IMG/VR virus record: IMGVR_UViG_3300031963_000080
Location: 15,032 to 79,031 of that record
DNA length: 64,000 nucleotides
From: a virus
Lineage: Duplodnaviria; Caudoviricetes
Direction: 5' to 3' (one strand)
The position numbers were made by a program, and so were the translations under genes. Below, in pieces: positions 16,838-26,817 of the stretch. The first letter of the stretch is position 1. Each line of letters begins with the position of its first letter. The notes beneath the pieces are model-generated. The model had not been told where the DNA came from. It saw only the letters and a list, made by a program, of their open reading frames with translations, and did not search any database.

Positions 16838-17808
16838 ACTTTTTTCCATTCGTTAAACTTAAGTTTTGCTTCTAAGCCAGAGTAAGTATTTAATTCTATC
16901 ATGGATTGGACATTATGTCCAGACAGAAACATTTCATTTACATCTTTTTCTTTAATCGTAATTGGCCATATTACAATTGAATCGCCAGACTGAATTTTAG
17001 AATCCATTCTTTTATGAATTTCTATATTCCTCGGCTCATTATCATAAACATAAACTGGACGAGAAATATTTAGATCTACTAAGTTCAAATCGGATCCACA
17101 CATTGCAATTGAATTTTTAATAAATGTAGAATCGAATGGACCTTCTAGTACATAAACGAATTGGTCCAAATCCACATCATCATAACCATAAAGTTTTGGA
17201 GAGTCTTTATCTAACATTATGGTAATATATTTTATTGGACTTGGGTCCAACGATCTTCCCTGGAATCCAACTAATTCTTTTTTATAATACAATGGAATTA
17301 TTATTCTAGGTTCTTCATATTTTAAACTTTTTTCATCAAATGTATGGATTAAAGAATTAGTCCATTCTTTAAATTTTTCTGCGTAATAAAATTTAGATGC
17401 GTCCAATTTTCTATATTCTAGATACCTCTTTGACCTTTCGTTTTCTGAAGCTTTAGGTAAATTTAATCTAGTTTTAAATTTAGGTTTTTGAAACTTAAAT
17501 TTTGGAGCCTCTGCTGTGAAGTTCTTTCCAGTAAATCCGGAGGAATATTTTTCCAAACAATATTCTTGATGCAGAACTGGATCAAATGTTTTTAAGAAAT
17601 TATTGAGTGACACATTAATTCCACAATTATGGCACTTATAATTTGTATTATTTTTCACAGAGTAAAAATATCCCCTTGCTCTGGATTTGTTCTTCCTAGA
17701 ATCTCCACAAATTGGACACCTGCAGTTGTATAGATTCTGGTTCTTTTTCGCAAATTTATCTACTCTTGAAGATATAAGATTGATGTACTTATCATCAATT
17801 AGATCCAT
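16834..17808 (-). CDS. gp61: DNA primase
   Basis: CPICGDS..CHNC zinc finger; EGPFDS and YDNEPRN motifs. Confidence 0.95.
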   Translation of the reverse strand: MDLIDDKYINLISSRVDKFAKKNQNLYNCRCPICGDSRKNKSRARGYFYSVKNNTNYKCHNCGINVSLNNFLKTFDPVLHQEYCLEKYSSGFTGKNFTAEAPKFKFQKPKFKTRLNLPKASENERSKRYLEYRKLDASKFYYAEKFKEWTNSLIHTFDEKSLKYEEPRIIIPLYYKKELVGFQGRSLDPSPIKYITIMLDKDSPKLYGYDDVDLDQFVYVLEGPFDSTFIKNSIAMCGSDLNLVDLNISRPVYVYDNEPRNIEIHKRMDSKIQSGDSIVIWPITIKEKDVNEMFLSGHNVQSMIELNTYSGLEAKLKFNEWKKV

Positions 17809-17834
17809 AATCTAAAATTAACCTTTGGTTCTTT

Positions 17835-17863
17835 AGTATACCACCAATAGCCCAGAGCGTCAA
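17835..17863 (-). promoter_or_regulatory. sigma70-type promoter for primase-nrdAB
   Basis: TTGACG-N17-TATACT. Confidence 0.75.
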
Positions 17864-17867
17864 GCCC

Positions 17868-18281
17868 TCACTTGAATGGTCTGTTTAATTGGTGGTGCTG
17901 TTGCATCTCTGATGGAGTCCACCAACCGGATGCCAAAGAAGACAATGCTCCAGTCAGTACTACAAGAAGAACACCACAACCAACAGTCATCCATTTAATT
18001 TTATTAATTTCTTGTACTTTTTCTTCTATTGATTCTATTCTTCTTATGACTTGGGTATGATCTTTGTGGTTATCTGATTTAACATCATCTATCATCTTCA
18101 CAATGATATTATCAGATTTATTACATTGTTCTATTCTTTCATCGTGCACAGCTAACATTTTCATTATATTAGAATTGACTTCACTTAATTTTTCAATGGC
18201 GTCATCTAACTTATGTACTATATTAGAAAAGTCTAATAACTTTTGCTCTAGAACTGCTAACTTTACTGCTTCTTCTGACAT
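17868..18281 (-). CDS. coiled-coil protein with C-terminal TM helix
   Basis: Heptad repeats plus a hydrophobic segment; late promoter TATAAATA at 18339-18346. Confidence 0.75.
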   Translation of the reverse strand: MSEEAVKLAVLEQKLLDFSNIVHKLDDAIEKLSEVNSNIMKMLAVHDERIEQCNKSDNIIVKMIDDVKSDNHKDHTQVIRRIESIEEKVQEINKIKWMTVGCGVLLVVLTGALSSLASGWWTPSEMQQHHQLNRPFK

Positions 18282-18348
18282 GTTAGTGAATTTTAATTTT
18301 TCTCTGTCTTTAATCCACCAACAAATGAATTATACTAATATTTATATT

Positions 18349-18582
18349 TTACAAGAGTCCCATTGACTTTAACCACTTTTCGTATTTCTGGTGATATTGT
18401 TTTGTTCTCTTATCAACTAAACCACCTATAGTTCTGCGAAACATTCCCAATTCTGCTTTTGGGTCGAACCCGGCTGTTGGTCCTTCATTTGGTGAACTTC
18501 CGCTAAATGCTCCTCCCTGTCCTGGAGCATTTGCTACCATGTTTTCTCTTACAATTTGGATTACTCTGTCTAACTTACTCAT
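18349..18582 (-). CDS. hypothetical protein
   Basis: 77-aa ORF overlapping the upstream stop. Confidence 0.7.
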   Translation of the reverse strand: MSKLDRVIQIVRENMVANAPGQGGAFSGSSPNEGPTAGFDPKAELGMFRRTIGGLVDKRTKQYHQKYEKWLKSMGLL

Positions 18583-18955
18583 TTGTAATTTTTTCCAATT
18601 CTTGTGCGCAAAAAATATCTATTGGAATGTCATGTATATACCCTCTTGGATACTCAGGCAATTTATTCAAAAAGACCACAAAAGTTTTCATGTAAGGCCA
18701 TAAATCATTATCAATTTTAAAAAACAACATTGGAGTAGTTGCTTCCCCAAATATATTATAAAGAATCACAAAATGGTTAATTAACAGGTGCGTTTTTAAC
18801 ACACCTGTATTTTTATACCTTCTGAATAATCTTTTTATATATTTAAAATGATTTAAATCTCTATCAAAATCTTCTTTGGTCACTGCCTGAGGATTTTCAT
18901 AATTTTTAATCGCAAATAAGAGAAAATTTTCCTCATTCAGTTCAGTAAACAGCAT
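18575..18955 (-). CDS. conserved T4-like hypothetical protein
   Basis: FAIKNY.NP..F..DL..FKYIKRL..HLLINH pattern. Confidence 0.8.
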   Translation of the reverse strand: MLFTELNEENFLLFAIKNYENPQAVTKEDFDRDLNHFKYIKRLFRRYKNTGVLKTHLLINHFVILYNIFGEATTPMLFFKIDNDLWPYMKTFVVFLNKLPEYPRGYIHDIPIDIFCAQELEKITNE

Positions 18956-18961
18956 GTAATA

Positions 18962-19723
18962 TCAAGCTAATGGATTTGAATCGTATAATGGGGTATTTCC
19001 AGTTTGAATTCCAGACATTGCCACTAGGGTCTCAGTTTTAACTCTAAGACTACCAGATGCGTCAATATATGTAGTCATCCCAACCCAACCAGCATGTGTT
19101 AGTGCATATGAAGTTGTTTGCGCAGAATCTAGTCCTGCACCAGCAACACCATAGACTGAAGAATTCTGCTCTCCTGTCAATCTTGTAACAGTCACTTGAG
19201 CGCCAGATGCAATTGCAACATTAATTGTAGATGCAAGAGAAACAATAGAGCCAGTAACTGAAGCTACTGATCTTGATACGGTACCACTAGCTAATGTATC
19301 TCCAGTCTGTATACCAGAAACTGAAACTAGAGTTACTTTATCTGAGCCAATACCAGAAGTAGCTGCAGCTGATGTTCTAACAACTAGTGTCGTTTCTGCT
19401 GCTGATTGTGTTTTTTGAGTATATACACTGTCCCAAGTAGTATATTTTGGCAATTCACTTATATCAAATTGAACTCCAGAAATACTTGCACCACTAAGAG
19501 CAGAAGTAGAAGCAATGGAAAGTTGAGTAGTACTAGCAATCCCAACAATAATCGCATCACCAAAATAACTGTTAGGTCTTGTACCAAAACGAATTATATC
19601 TCCAATTGCAGCAGCACCAACTTGACCAAAAGTAGTTCCGCTACCGGTTACAACAAGAGTAGCGTAATCTAAAGATACTGTACCACCAGATCCTTTAGCA
19701 TCATTATTTCCCCAGAGTGCCAT
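18962..19723 (-). CDS. virion structural protein
   Basis: MALWG..HAGWV..RVKTETLVAM; S/T/G-rich; late promoter at 19756-19763. Confidence 0.75.
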   Translation of the reverse strand: MALWGNNDAKGSGGTVSLDYATLVVTGSGTTFGQVGAAAIGDIIRFGTRPNSYFGDAIIVGIASTTQLSIASTSALSGASISGVQFDISELPKYTTWDSVYTQKTQSAAETTLVVRTSAAATSGIGSDKVTLVSVSGIQTGDTLASGTVSRSVASVTGSIVSLASTINVAIASGAQVTVTRLTGEQNSSVYGVAGAGLDSAQTTSYALTHAGWVGMTTYIDASGSLRVKTETLVAMSGIQTGNTPLYDSNPLA

Positions 19724-19762
19724 GTCTTTTTTCCGTAAAGATTATTTTATATGAATATTTAT

Positions 19763-19795
19763 AAAAAAAGAGACCTACTAACAAGGTCTCTTTTT
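19763..19795. terminator. intrinsic terminator
   Basis: AAAAAGAGACCT-N-AGGTCTCTTTTT. Confidence 0.75.
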
Positions 19796-19814
19796 AATTT
19801 ATGTTAGCAAAAAA

Positions 19815-19985
19815 TCAGCAATTTTTTAGGAGTGCAGTTCTTACTGTTCCGGCAATTACATCATCAATATCGTTATCTGTAGTCTTAACATAACGATCAA
19901 GTAACTCAACTACAAGACGCTTTGTGTGACAAGAATTTAATGCAGCAAAAATGAGTGGCTTTACAACTTCTACTAGTACTCCCAT
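19815..19985 (-). CDS. small hypothetical protein (56 aa)
   Basis: AAGGAGG RBS; MGVLVEVVKPLIF..TTDNDIDD. Confidence 0.75.
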   Translation of the reverse strand: MGVLVEVVKPLIFAALNSCHTKRLVVELLDRYVKTTDNDIDDVIAGTVRTALLKNC

Positions 19986-20031
19986 AATGTCCTCCTTTTT
20001 AATTTTTTTGGATAATATCCGGAACTATTTA

Positions 20032-20487
20032 TCAATCGATGATGCTTTGTCGGTAAAGATTTATAAACTCTTTTAGTTTTAGTGTAAGTTGTCTAGTTCT
20101 TGGCTTTGGTGTTTTTGGTCTTTTTTCTGGTTTTTTCAACTTTGGCTTCTTATATGGTTTTACCTTTAGATCTTTATGTGCCGGAATGCCAGGAATCCAT
20201 GGTTCGAGGACACGCTGTGGTTTTGGAGTTTCTTTTTTTTGTGGAGGTTCTGGTTTTTCTATTTCTGGAGCAACCGTCATATAAGAAACTCCACCACCAG
20301 GTTTTTGTGGCTTTGGTTCTTTTTTGGTTGGTTCTGATGCTCTCCAATCTAAAGTTGGACCAGTTCTCCCTCTGGTTCTGCTTCTTGGTGAAAGTTGTCC
20401 AGTTGGTTTATCTCTTCTTGGAGAAGACCCCCAAGTAGGAAATGCCTCATCAATCCTAGAAAGAAATTGATTGAATGTAATGGACAT
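20032..20487 (-). CDS. K/P-rich putative internal virion protein
   Basis: Basic low-complexity sequence; N-terminus MSITFNQFLSRIDE. Confidence 0.65.
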   Translation of the reverse strand: MSITFNQFLSRIDEAFPTWGSSPRRDKPTGQLSPRSRTRGRTGPTLDWRASEPTKKEPKPQKPGGGVSYMTVAPEIEKPEPPQKKETPKPQRVLEPWIPGIPAHKDLKVKPYKKPKLKKPEKRPKTPKPRTRQLTLKLKEFINLYRQSIID

Positions 20488-20489
20488 AA

Positions 20490-21827
20490 TCAGCCCTCTT
20501 TCTTTCTGGGAAGTCCTTCGTGCTTAGTTTTTGCAAACTTACGAATTTTGGCTTCGGACATACCATCGACAATTTCTAGAACTTGCTTACTTACTTCAGA
20601 CCTTGGAGTTTCGCCTCTTTTAACTGAAAGTGCTAAACCAAAAATCTTCTGCTGTTGCTCACTTTCTGCTTTTTCTAAAAGAAATGATTCAATTTCCTCT
20701 CTGACTCCAACTCTTCTTTTTGCGGTTTCTTTTGCAGCCGCAGTTACAGCAGCTTTAGTAACTCGTTTTGCACCTTTAATTAAAGCAGCCTGGACATTCC
20801 TACCCGCTTTAGTTTCCATTGGTGCTCTCATACCAGATCCAATTTCAGATGCTGCTTTTGTTGCAGTTGAAGCCGCTTTTCTGACAGTTTGTGCTGTTTG
20901 ACGAGCACCAGAAACGGCTTGACGGTGCCTTTGCATTCCTTGCTGATATTGAGTGGAAACAGTTTTTGCTGCTCCCATTATTCCCCTAGCAAGTGCATCT
21001 AAGGCTGGTCTAGCTTTTGGTTGAGTTGCTACTGCTTTTTTTACTAACTCATTACCTCTAGAGACTGTAACTTTTCGTGCTACAGTTCGCATCTTTTTGG
21101 CTGCTTCTCTATCATCAATTCCTGCTTTTATTTTTGCTATTTTTCGAGCTTTCTCTTCTGGAGTTGTTGGTACTCGTTTTGCTTTCCTTGCTTCAGTTAA
21201 TATAAGATCTTCAGAAATACAGAAGACATACTCAAGGAACTTATCGACTCCAAGGTCTTCAATAACCATTTCGAGTCCTTCTTCATTCAAACCCTGCTCA
21301 TAAAAATACTCGGCAGCAATGTCGATAATTTGATCAATATATTCTTCAGTCAACTCTACACTTTCGCCTATATTAACATTAGGGTTAATATCTACTTTAT
21401 TGACAATACCAGAACGCTCTTTGATTTGTCTCTGTTTTGCATCTTCGATATCTGCTTCGACATCTCCTACTTTTTCATATAAATCATACCTCCAATCAGA
21501 ATAAGATTCATCCATTTTTTTCTTTTTTCTTTTTGGTGGATCTCCGTCTGGGGTACGTCCCATAGCTCTTTGTATTGCATTATGCCTTGATCCAAGAAAT
21601 TCGTCTTCTCCACTTTCTACTTTGCCATCTTCATCATAATCAGCGTCTGCTTCATCGCCATCGTCATCATCATTATCTTTCTCATCTTCATCGTCATTCT
21701 TCATCTTCTTATTCTTTTCTTCAATATACTGAAGATATTCATCTCTTTCTGAGATTACCATACCAGAAACAGATTCCAAATAAATCTGTTTCATTTCATT
21801 TAGACTTTCTACGATACGATCAGACAT
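20490..21827 (-). CDS. putative internal virion protein with C-terminal DUF3008-like domain
   Basis: Acidic N-half, A/K/R-rich core, and SEQQQKIFGLAL..KRG..MSE..FAKTKH.GLP. Confidence 0.7.
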   Translation of the reverse strand: MSDRIVESLNEMKQIYLESVSGMVISERDEYLQYIEEKNKKMKNDDEDEKDNDDDDGDEADADYDEDGKVESGEDEFLGSRHNAIQRAMGRTPDGDPPKRKKKKMDESYSDWRYDLYEKVGDVEADIEDAKQRQIKERSGIVNKVDINPNVNIGESVELTEEYIDQIIDIAAEYFYEQGLNEEGLEMVIEDLGVDKFLEYVFCISEDLILTEARKAKRVPTTPEEKARKIAKIKAGIDDREAAKKMRTVARKVTVSRGNELVKKAVATQPKARPALDALARGIMGAAKTVSTQYQQGMQRHRQAVSGARQTAQTVRKAASTATKAASEIGSGMRAPMETKAGRNVQAALIKGAKRVTKAAVTAAAKETAKRRVGVREEIESFLLEKAESEQQQKIFGLALSVKRGETPRSEVSKQVLEIVDGMSEAKIRKFAKTKHEGLPRKKEG

Positions 21828-21854
21828 CTGTATAAATTCTTAAAACCTATACAT

Positions 21855-23078
21855 TTATTTATTGTTTAAACTCTTTCTATATTTCTTAATAAAATTTTTA
21901 ATTTTTTTAGTATCACTCATACGCATTGCATATTCTCTATATGGATCGGTTCCTACTAGTCTTTGATCTGCAGGAACTCCGGAGATATTAGTCCATTCTG
22001 CCAAATCTTTTATCCAAGACTTAAACATAATCCCATCTTCAGTCACACAAATCAAATAGTTAGGACCACGACGAGTGACTTTACCAACTAAACCGGTGTT
22101 TAGATTTTCTACTACATCATCAACTTTAAATATCTTTTCTTGGTAATATTGTTCTCTCAGTCCCAATAAATCTAATTTTGGCGCATATTCCCAGACTTCT
22201 TGTACTTCTTTTGGTGCTTTCTTTCCAAGCATAGTTCGCTGGACCGCAAAGAACATTGCCTGAGAATCTTTATCTTTCATTCTTTTTGGCACTCCAGTTC
22301 TAAATAGCTGGAAATTGTCATCAACTGCAGCTTTTCTAAGTTTAGATGCCGACATACCAGAAACTCCATCGGCATCTGGATCTCTCGGACCAGCAGGAAC
22401 TACATTAATCTCATCAAAAGAATATATCTGCCCATTATATTGGCCTGCCAATCTTTCAAATTCTGGTAATCTTTCTGATCCAACAACAATATTGACTTTT
22501 TTATATCCATCTTCATTTGCGGCAACTAAGACATCAAATATTGTTTTCATTTTGTCATCGTTAACGATGTTTTCCTTGAAGTCCGGAAACATCTTTTTCA
22601 TATATTTTACTTTGGATGCCGGATCCAATGGATTCTTTTTTGTGTCTTGTGTTCTTGAAGGATAGATCTTAAAATCGCCGCCGGTAGCAATTTCTTTTGC
22701 TTTTTTGATAAGCTTTTCGTGACCAATTGTTGGTGGATTGAATCTACCAAAAACTACAGTTAAAGGAACTTCTTTATCTATTTCAGGTGGTGCTGGTTCT
22801 TGTTTTGGTGGTTTTATTCCTAGTCTTTCTTTTGGTGAAGGGGGTGGTTCTATGGCTCTTTCTGCAGTTCTTGGGCCTTTTGGTTCTGGCTCTGGTTTTT
22901 CTGGAGATGGACTCTTTTTACGAAGCATCTCCAAATCGCCACCAACTGTTTGTGCTATTACCTTTCCACTTCTGTCCACCCAGTTCCCATGTCCATCAGA
23001 AGTCAAGCCAAGGCGATATGCCTTTTCTGATGCTCTGGATCCTCGAAATTCTAATATAAATTGCGAAAACTTTTTCAT
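21855..23078 (-). CDS. cytidylyltransferase-like nucleotidyltransferase
   Basis: FGRFNPPTIGH (HIGH-like), KNPL, VVGSER and GMSASKLR motifs. Confidence 0.88.
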   Translation of the reverse strand: MKKFSQFILEFRGSRASEKAYRLGLTSDGHGNWVDRSGKVIAQTVGGDLEMLRKKSPSPEKPEPEPKGPRTAERAIEPPPSPKERLGIKPPKQEPAPPEIDKEVPLTVVFGRFNPPTIGHEKLIKKAKEIATGGDFKIYPSRTQDTKKNPLDPASKVKYMKKMFPDFKENIVNDDKMKTIFDVLVAANEDGYKKVNIVVGSERLPEFERLAGQYNGQIYSFDEINVVPAGPRDPDADGVSGMSASKLRKAAVDDNFQLFRTGVPKRMKDKDSQAMFFAVQRTMLGKKAPKEVQEVWEYAPKLDLLGLREQYYQEKIFKVDDVVENLNTGLVGKVTRRGPNYLICVTEDGIMFKSWIKDLAEWTNISGVPADQRLVGTDPYREYAMRMSDTKKIKNFIKKYRKSLNNK

Positions 23079-23117
23079 TCTTGTGTGGAATTCCTTATTT
23101 ATTTATTTTGTTTACAA

Positions 23118-23747
23118 TCAACCTCTTGGTGGATTACTATCATCACTATATCTTGTAGATCTTCTTCTTGTGGATCTAGTTCCGGGAGCAACTGCCCTAT
23201 TTCGGTCATCTGTAGTTTGAATTACAGATTTTCCTGGTTTTATTTGATCACCTTTTCTAAGAATATCATAAGTTAATGGTTTTCCTTGTGAAGCTAATGG
23301 CTGTCTTCCACCTGGACCAACAAATGTTGGAGAGGCAGTTGGTCTTTTTGCTTCTGATTCTCTACCTGCTCCCGTTGATCTATTCCTTCTCAAAATAGCA
23401 TCTGCTTGTTGTCCAGTTCTTTGTTGTGCTGTAGTTTCCCTTCCTTGTCCTGGAGTAGATAAATTCATAGTTCTAGATTGTACTCTACCCCCAGAAGACG
23501 ATGCTCCTCTACTTCTTATTCCAGCTCTGATTTCAGCAGATGTATCTACATTATTTTGTGGTATTCCCAACATTCTTCTTCTTTCTTGTGATGCTGCTCT
23601 TTTTGCGGCTTTCTCTTCTGGAGTTAATACTTCGTTTATAAGTTCATTATACCAATCATCACTAACTACCTTTAATATTTTTAATGCCGATACTATATCA
23701 TCAGCAAATCTATTTTCTACTAGGTATTCAGCGATGTATAATTCCAT
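23118..23747 (-). CDS. putative internal virion protein (acidic N-domain, R-rich tail)
   Basis: Sequence composition; late promoter at 23773-23780. Confidence 0.68.
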   Translation of the reverse strand: MELYIAEYLVENRFADDIVSALKILKVVSDDWYNELINEVLTPEEKAAKRAASQERRRMLGIPQNNVDTSAEIRAGIRSRGASSSGGRVQSRTMNLSTPGQGRETTAQQRTGQQADAILRRNRSTGAGRESEAKRPTASPTFVGPGGRQPLASQGKPLTYDILRKGDQIKPGKSVIQTTDDRNRAVAPGTRSTRRRSTRYSDDSNPPRG

Positions 23748-23779
23748 TATTTTAATATTAGAACTTTTTTACTATTTAT

Positions 23780-23803
23780 AAAAAAAACCTCCCGAAGGAG
23801 GTT
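23780..23803 (-). terminator. terminator of the replication operon
   Basis: AACCTCC-TTCG-GGAGGTT followed by a T run. Confidence 0.85.
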
Positions 23804-23807
23804 CAAA

Positions 23808-23984
23808 TCAAACAATAATTTTTTCCAATTCTTGATCTAATTGTACTAAGAGAGATCGAAGTCTTTCAATTCGTTCTGGAACGAATTCTTTACTATATCC
23901 CGCAGTTGATGCATCTAGGACTTGTAGGAGTTCTAGTCCGGTTTTTGCGTCAATTTTTAATGTTAGTTGTTTTTGTTTTGCCAT
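23808..23984 (-). CDS. small hypothetical protein (58 aa)
   Basis: ATG abutting the mazG stop with an AAGGAG RBS; MAKQKQLTLKID..GYSKEFVPERI. Confidence 0.7.
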   Translation of the reverse strand: MAKQKQLTLKIDAKTGLELLQVLDASTAGYSKEFVPERIERLRSLLVQLDQELEKIIV

Positions 23985-24401
23985 TCAAACATCTCCTTCT
24001 TTGCGATTTTCAGAACGATATACATCAAATGTTCCTTCCGGATAACGAGCACTCAACTTTTCGTAATTCATTTGAAGAATCTCATCAAATGTAGTATCAA
24101 GTGCCATACATGCTTGAGCAAGATACCAACAAAGGTCTCCTAATTCTCGTTTCATATGAAAAACATTTTCTTCGTTATATGGTTTTCCTTGTAGAAAAAT
24201 TTTCTTTACCACTTCAGTAAATTCACCTGCTTCGGCACTCAGTCCATAAGCAGCGGTCATAAGACGAGGGATATCGGCATCTTGTGCTTCCAACTCTGAT
24301 AACCTAGAAAGAAGAGCAGAAAAGTCAGAACTAGCAGAACTTGTAGTTTGGCGAACAAAATCAATGTACTTGTCATTATCAATTTTTTGATCATTTTTCA
24401 T
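23985..24401 (-). CDS. mazG: MazG nucleoside triphosphate pyrophosphohydrolase
   Basis: GLSAEAGEF.EVVKK, RELGDLCWY and KL.ARYP motifs. Confidence 0.93.
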   Translation of the reverse strand: MKNDQKIDNDKYIDFVRQTTSSASSDFSALLSRLSELEAQDADIPRLMTAAYGLSAEAGEFTEVVKKIFLQGKPYNEENVFHMKRELGDLCWYLAQACMALDTTFDEILQMNYEKLSARYPEGTFDVYRSENRKEGDV

Positions 24402-25783
24402 CAGAAAGTAAAGCTCCTAAATTTTTGTTTGAAATCAGATTGGTGTTCCTCGTCATTATACTCTTCTTCCTGTCCGGAGTCAAGTATGTCCTTTTGTGCT
24501 GATTGATCAACATCATAAAGACGCATCTTTGACCTATCGATACCAATGACAAATTTTTTATAGGTTGATTTGTCACTATATCTATTTTTTAGTTGCTTGA
24601 CCAAAATTTGATTTAATTGCTCTAATTCATCAGTTGATATCAAAGCAAAAAGAAAATCGGCAGTCGCTGGGAGACCAAAAGACTCAGAGGTATCGGTCAA
24701 TTCTGGATCAGAGGAAGCAAATCCAGATCTAGTAGTTTGTGTGGCACTCATAATTGGAACATTAAATTCTACCGCAAGACCCCTAAGTTCTTCTGCAATA
24801 GATTTTACATATGAGTATGAGTTCACAGAAATATTCCCTTTGTACCTACTAGATGAGCATATGTTCAAATAATCAATAAAAATCACATCAGGTTTAAATG
24901 ATTTTTTAAGTGCTAGCTCATTTAATAGTGCTTTAAAGTGCCCAGCATGGGCAGATGCAGTCGGATATTCTTTAATAATCAAAGATCCCTGAGTCTTCTT
25001 TGAAATGTTATTAATTTTACTTTCAAATGTAGATTTAGTTAGATCTTTAATATCTTTAATGTTTACATTCATTTGATTTGCATCAATTCGCTCAGCAATT
25101 TTTTCCTCTGCCATTTCAAGCGTAATGTATAGTACATTCCGTCCTTGGAGCAAGTAGGAGCCAGCCACATGGCACATGAATAAAGATTTGCCGACATTTG
25201 TACCAGCAAGTGCGATGTTAAGAGTTTTAGGAGAGAGCCCACCATTCGTAATTTTGTTAAAGTAATCCAGATCAAATTCAAGTTTATTCTCCTTTCTATT
25301 ATAATACTCATAGCGTTGATCATAATCTTGAAGGTAATCATGACCAACATGATTATCAAAACTTACCGATAATGCATCTGATAAAATTGATGGTATGGAA
25401 TCTCTGTTTTTATCTTCATTTTTACCGTCAGCAATTTGAATAGACTCCATAAGTGCAAGATAAATTGCCCTATCTCTACACCATTTTTCAGTAGTGTCAA
25501 TCAACCACTGAAGTTCTGCTGGAGAATTGTCAAAAGAATCTATAATTGATACTATCTCTTTATAAAAAGTTTCATTTAGATCTGTTCTTTTGTCTACCTC
25601 AATTAATAATGCTTCCTTAGTGGCTGGTTTATTATATTCATTAATGAAAGAGTATATCTCATCAAAAATAATTTTTAGGTTATAATCTTGAAAATAATCC
25701 TTCCGTAAAAAAGGAAGTACTTTCCTAATGTAGTCTTCATTGTAAATTAGATTCCTTAAAATTAAAAGCTCAATTTTTTCCAT
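24401..25783 (-). CDS. gp41: replicative helicase
   Basis: AGTNVGKS, IIKEYPT, IDYLNI and SESFGLPATAD motifs. Confidence 0.96.
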   Translation of the reverse strand: MEKIELLILRNLIYNEDYIRKVLPFLRKDYFQDYNLKIIFDEIYSFINEYNKPATKEALLIEVDKRTDLNETFYKEIVSIIDSFDNSPAELQWLIDTTEKWCRDRAIYLALMESIQIADGKNEDKNRDSIPSILSDALSVSFDNHVGHDYLQDYDQRYEYYNRKENKLEFDLDYFNKITNGGLSPKTLNIALAGTNVGKSLFMCHVAGSYLLQGRNVLYITLEMAEEKIAERIDANQMNVNIKDIKDLTKSTFESKINNISKKTQGSLIIKEYPTASAHAGHFKALLNELALKKSFKPDVIFIDYLNICSSSRYKGNISVNSYSYVKSIAEELRGLAVEFNVPIMSATQTTRSGFASSDPELTDTSESFGLPATADFLFALISTDELEQLNQILVKQLKNRYSDKSTYKKFVIGIDRSKMRLYDVDQSAQKDILDSGQEEEYNDEEHQSDFKQKFRSFTF

Positions 25784-26787
25784 TAATTACCATAACTAAA
25801 TTGTGACTTTGCAATTTCATCAAGCTTTTGCATTATTTCATCAGTGAAATATTCTTCTGGATTTGCTAATATTTGCTTACCATATATCTTCTTTCCATTG
25901 ATTTCATAACGACCTGCTTTGTTTTCCCAAAGTCCACCAAGTTCTCCAAGTTCGAGAAGCCCATAATATCTGTCCAAACCACGCTCATCATAAAACAAAC
26001 GAACCTCCACATCTTTGTTTTCTTTACTCAAACGAGACTTGGCAGTTTTTGCTTTAATAATGTTTCCGACAATTTCTGTCCCATCTTTTTCTTTTTTCTT
26101 GCTGAGATATACGATAGTGGAAGCGGCATACTTAAGACCACTACCACCACCCATCTCTTTAGTAGGAACATAAGCACCAATGACATCATAAGTATGATTA
26201 GTAACAATCATTGGAATTTTTGCTTGTCCAAGTTTCAATGTAAGCATACGAAATGCTCCTTTAATCAATTGAGATTTGGTCATGTCCCGAACTTCCTTAT
26301 CATTCAGTGCATCATTAATCTCCTTACTTGTGGAAAGCATTCCCAAAGAGTCTAACACAAACATACAAGGATTGCGTTCCCCTTCAGGTTTTTTCATATA
26401 CATATCTACTGCCTTGAGTGCCGTTCCACGAAACTCTTCAACAGTAACAACATTGACAACCACAAGACGAGAAGTATCAATTCCACGAGATTCTAGGAGA
26501 GATTTGGTAATAGCAGCTTCAGTATCAAAGTAGAGGCAATAACCATTGGGATTATTATCGAGGAAATTCTTAACAACGGCGAGACTGAAGAAAGTTTTTC
26601 CAGTACTAGACTCTCCAGCAATAGCAGTAATCTTATTCCCAGATACGCCGCCAAATATACTACCTGAAACCAGTGCATTAAAAATATATGAACCCGTGTC
26701 AACATAAGTCTCAGTCTCATCAATTTCGGAAGCAAGTTGCGTATACTCGCCACCGATTTCTTTTACAATGTCCTTTAAAAAATCCAT
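25783..26787 (-). CDS. uvsX: RecA-like recombinase
   Basis: AGESSTGKT, YFDTE, LDSLG and MGGGSG motifs. Confidence 0.96.
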   Translation of the reverse strand: MDFLKDIVKEIGGEYTQLASEIDETETYVDTGSYIFNALVSGSIFGGVSGNKITAIAGESSTGKTFFSLAVVKNFLDNNPNGYCLYFDTEAAITKSLLESRGIDTSRLVVVNVVTVEEFRGTALKAVDMYMKKPEGERNPCMFVLDSLGMLSTSKEINDALNDKEVRDMTKSQLIKGAFRMLTLKLGQAKIPMIVTNHTYDVIGAYVPTKEMGGGSGLKYAASTIVYLSKKKEKDGTEIVGNIIKAKTAKSRLSKENKDVEVRLFYDERGLDRYYGLLELGELGGLWENKAGRYEINGKKIYGKQILANPEEYFTDEIMQKLDEIAKSQFSYGN

Positions 26788-26817
26788 AAGTTTCTCCTTA
26801 GTAATTCCAATATACCA

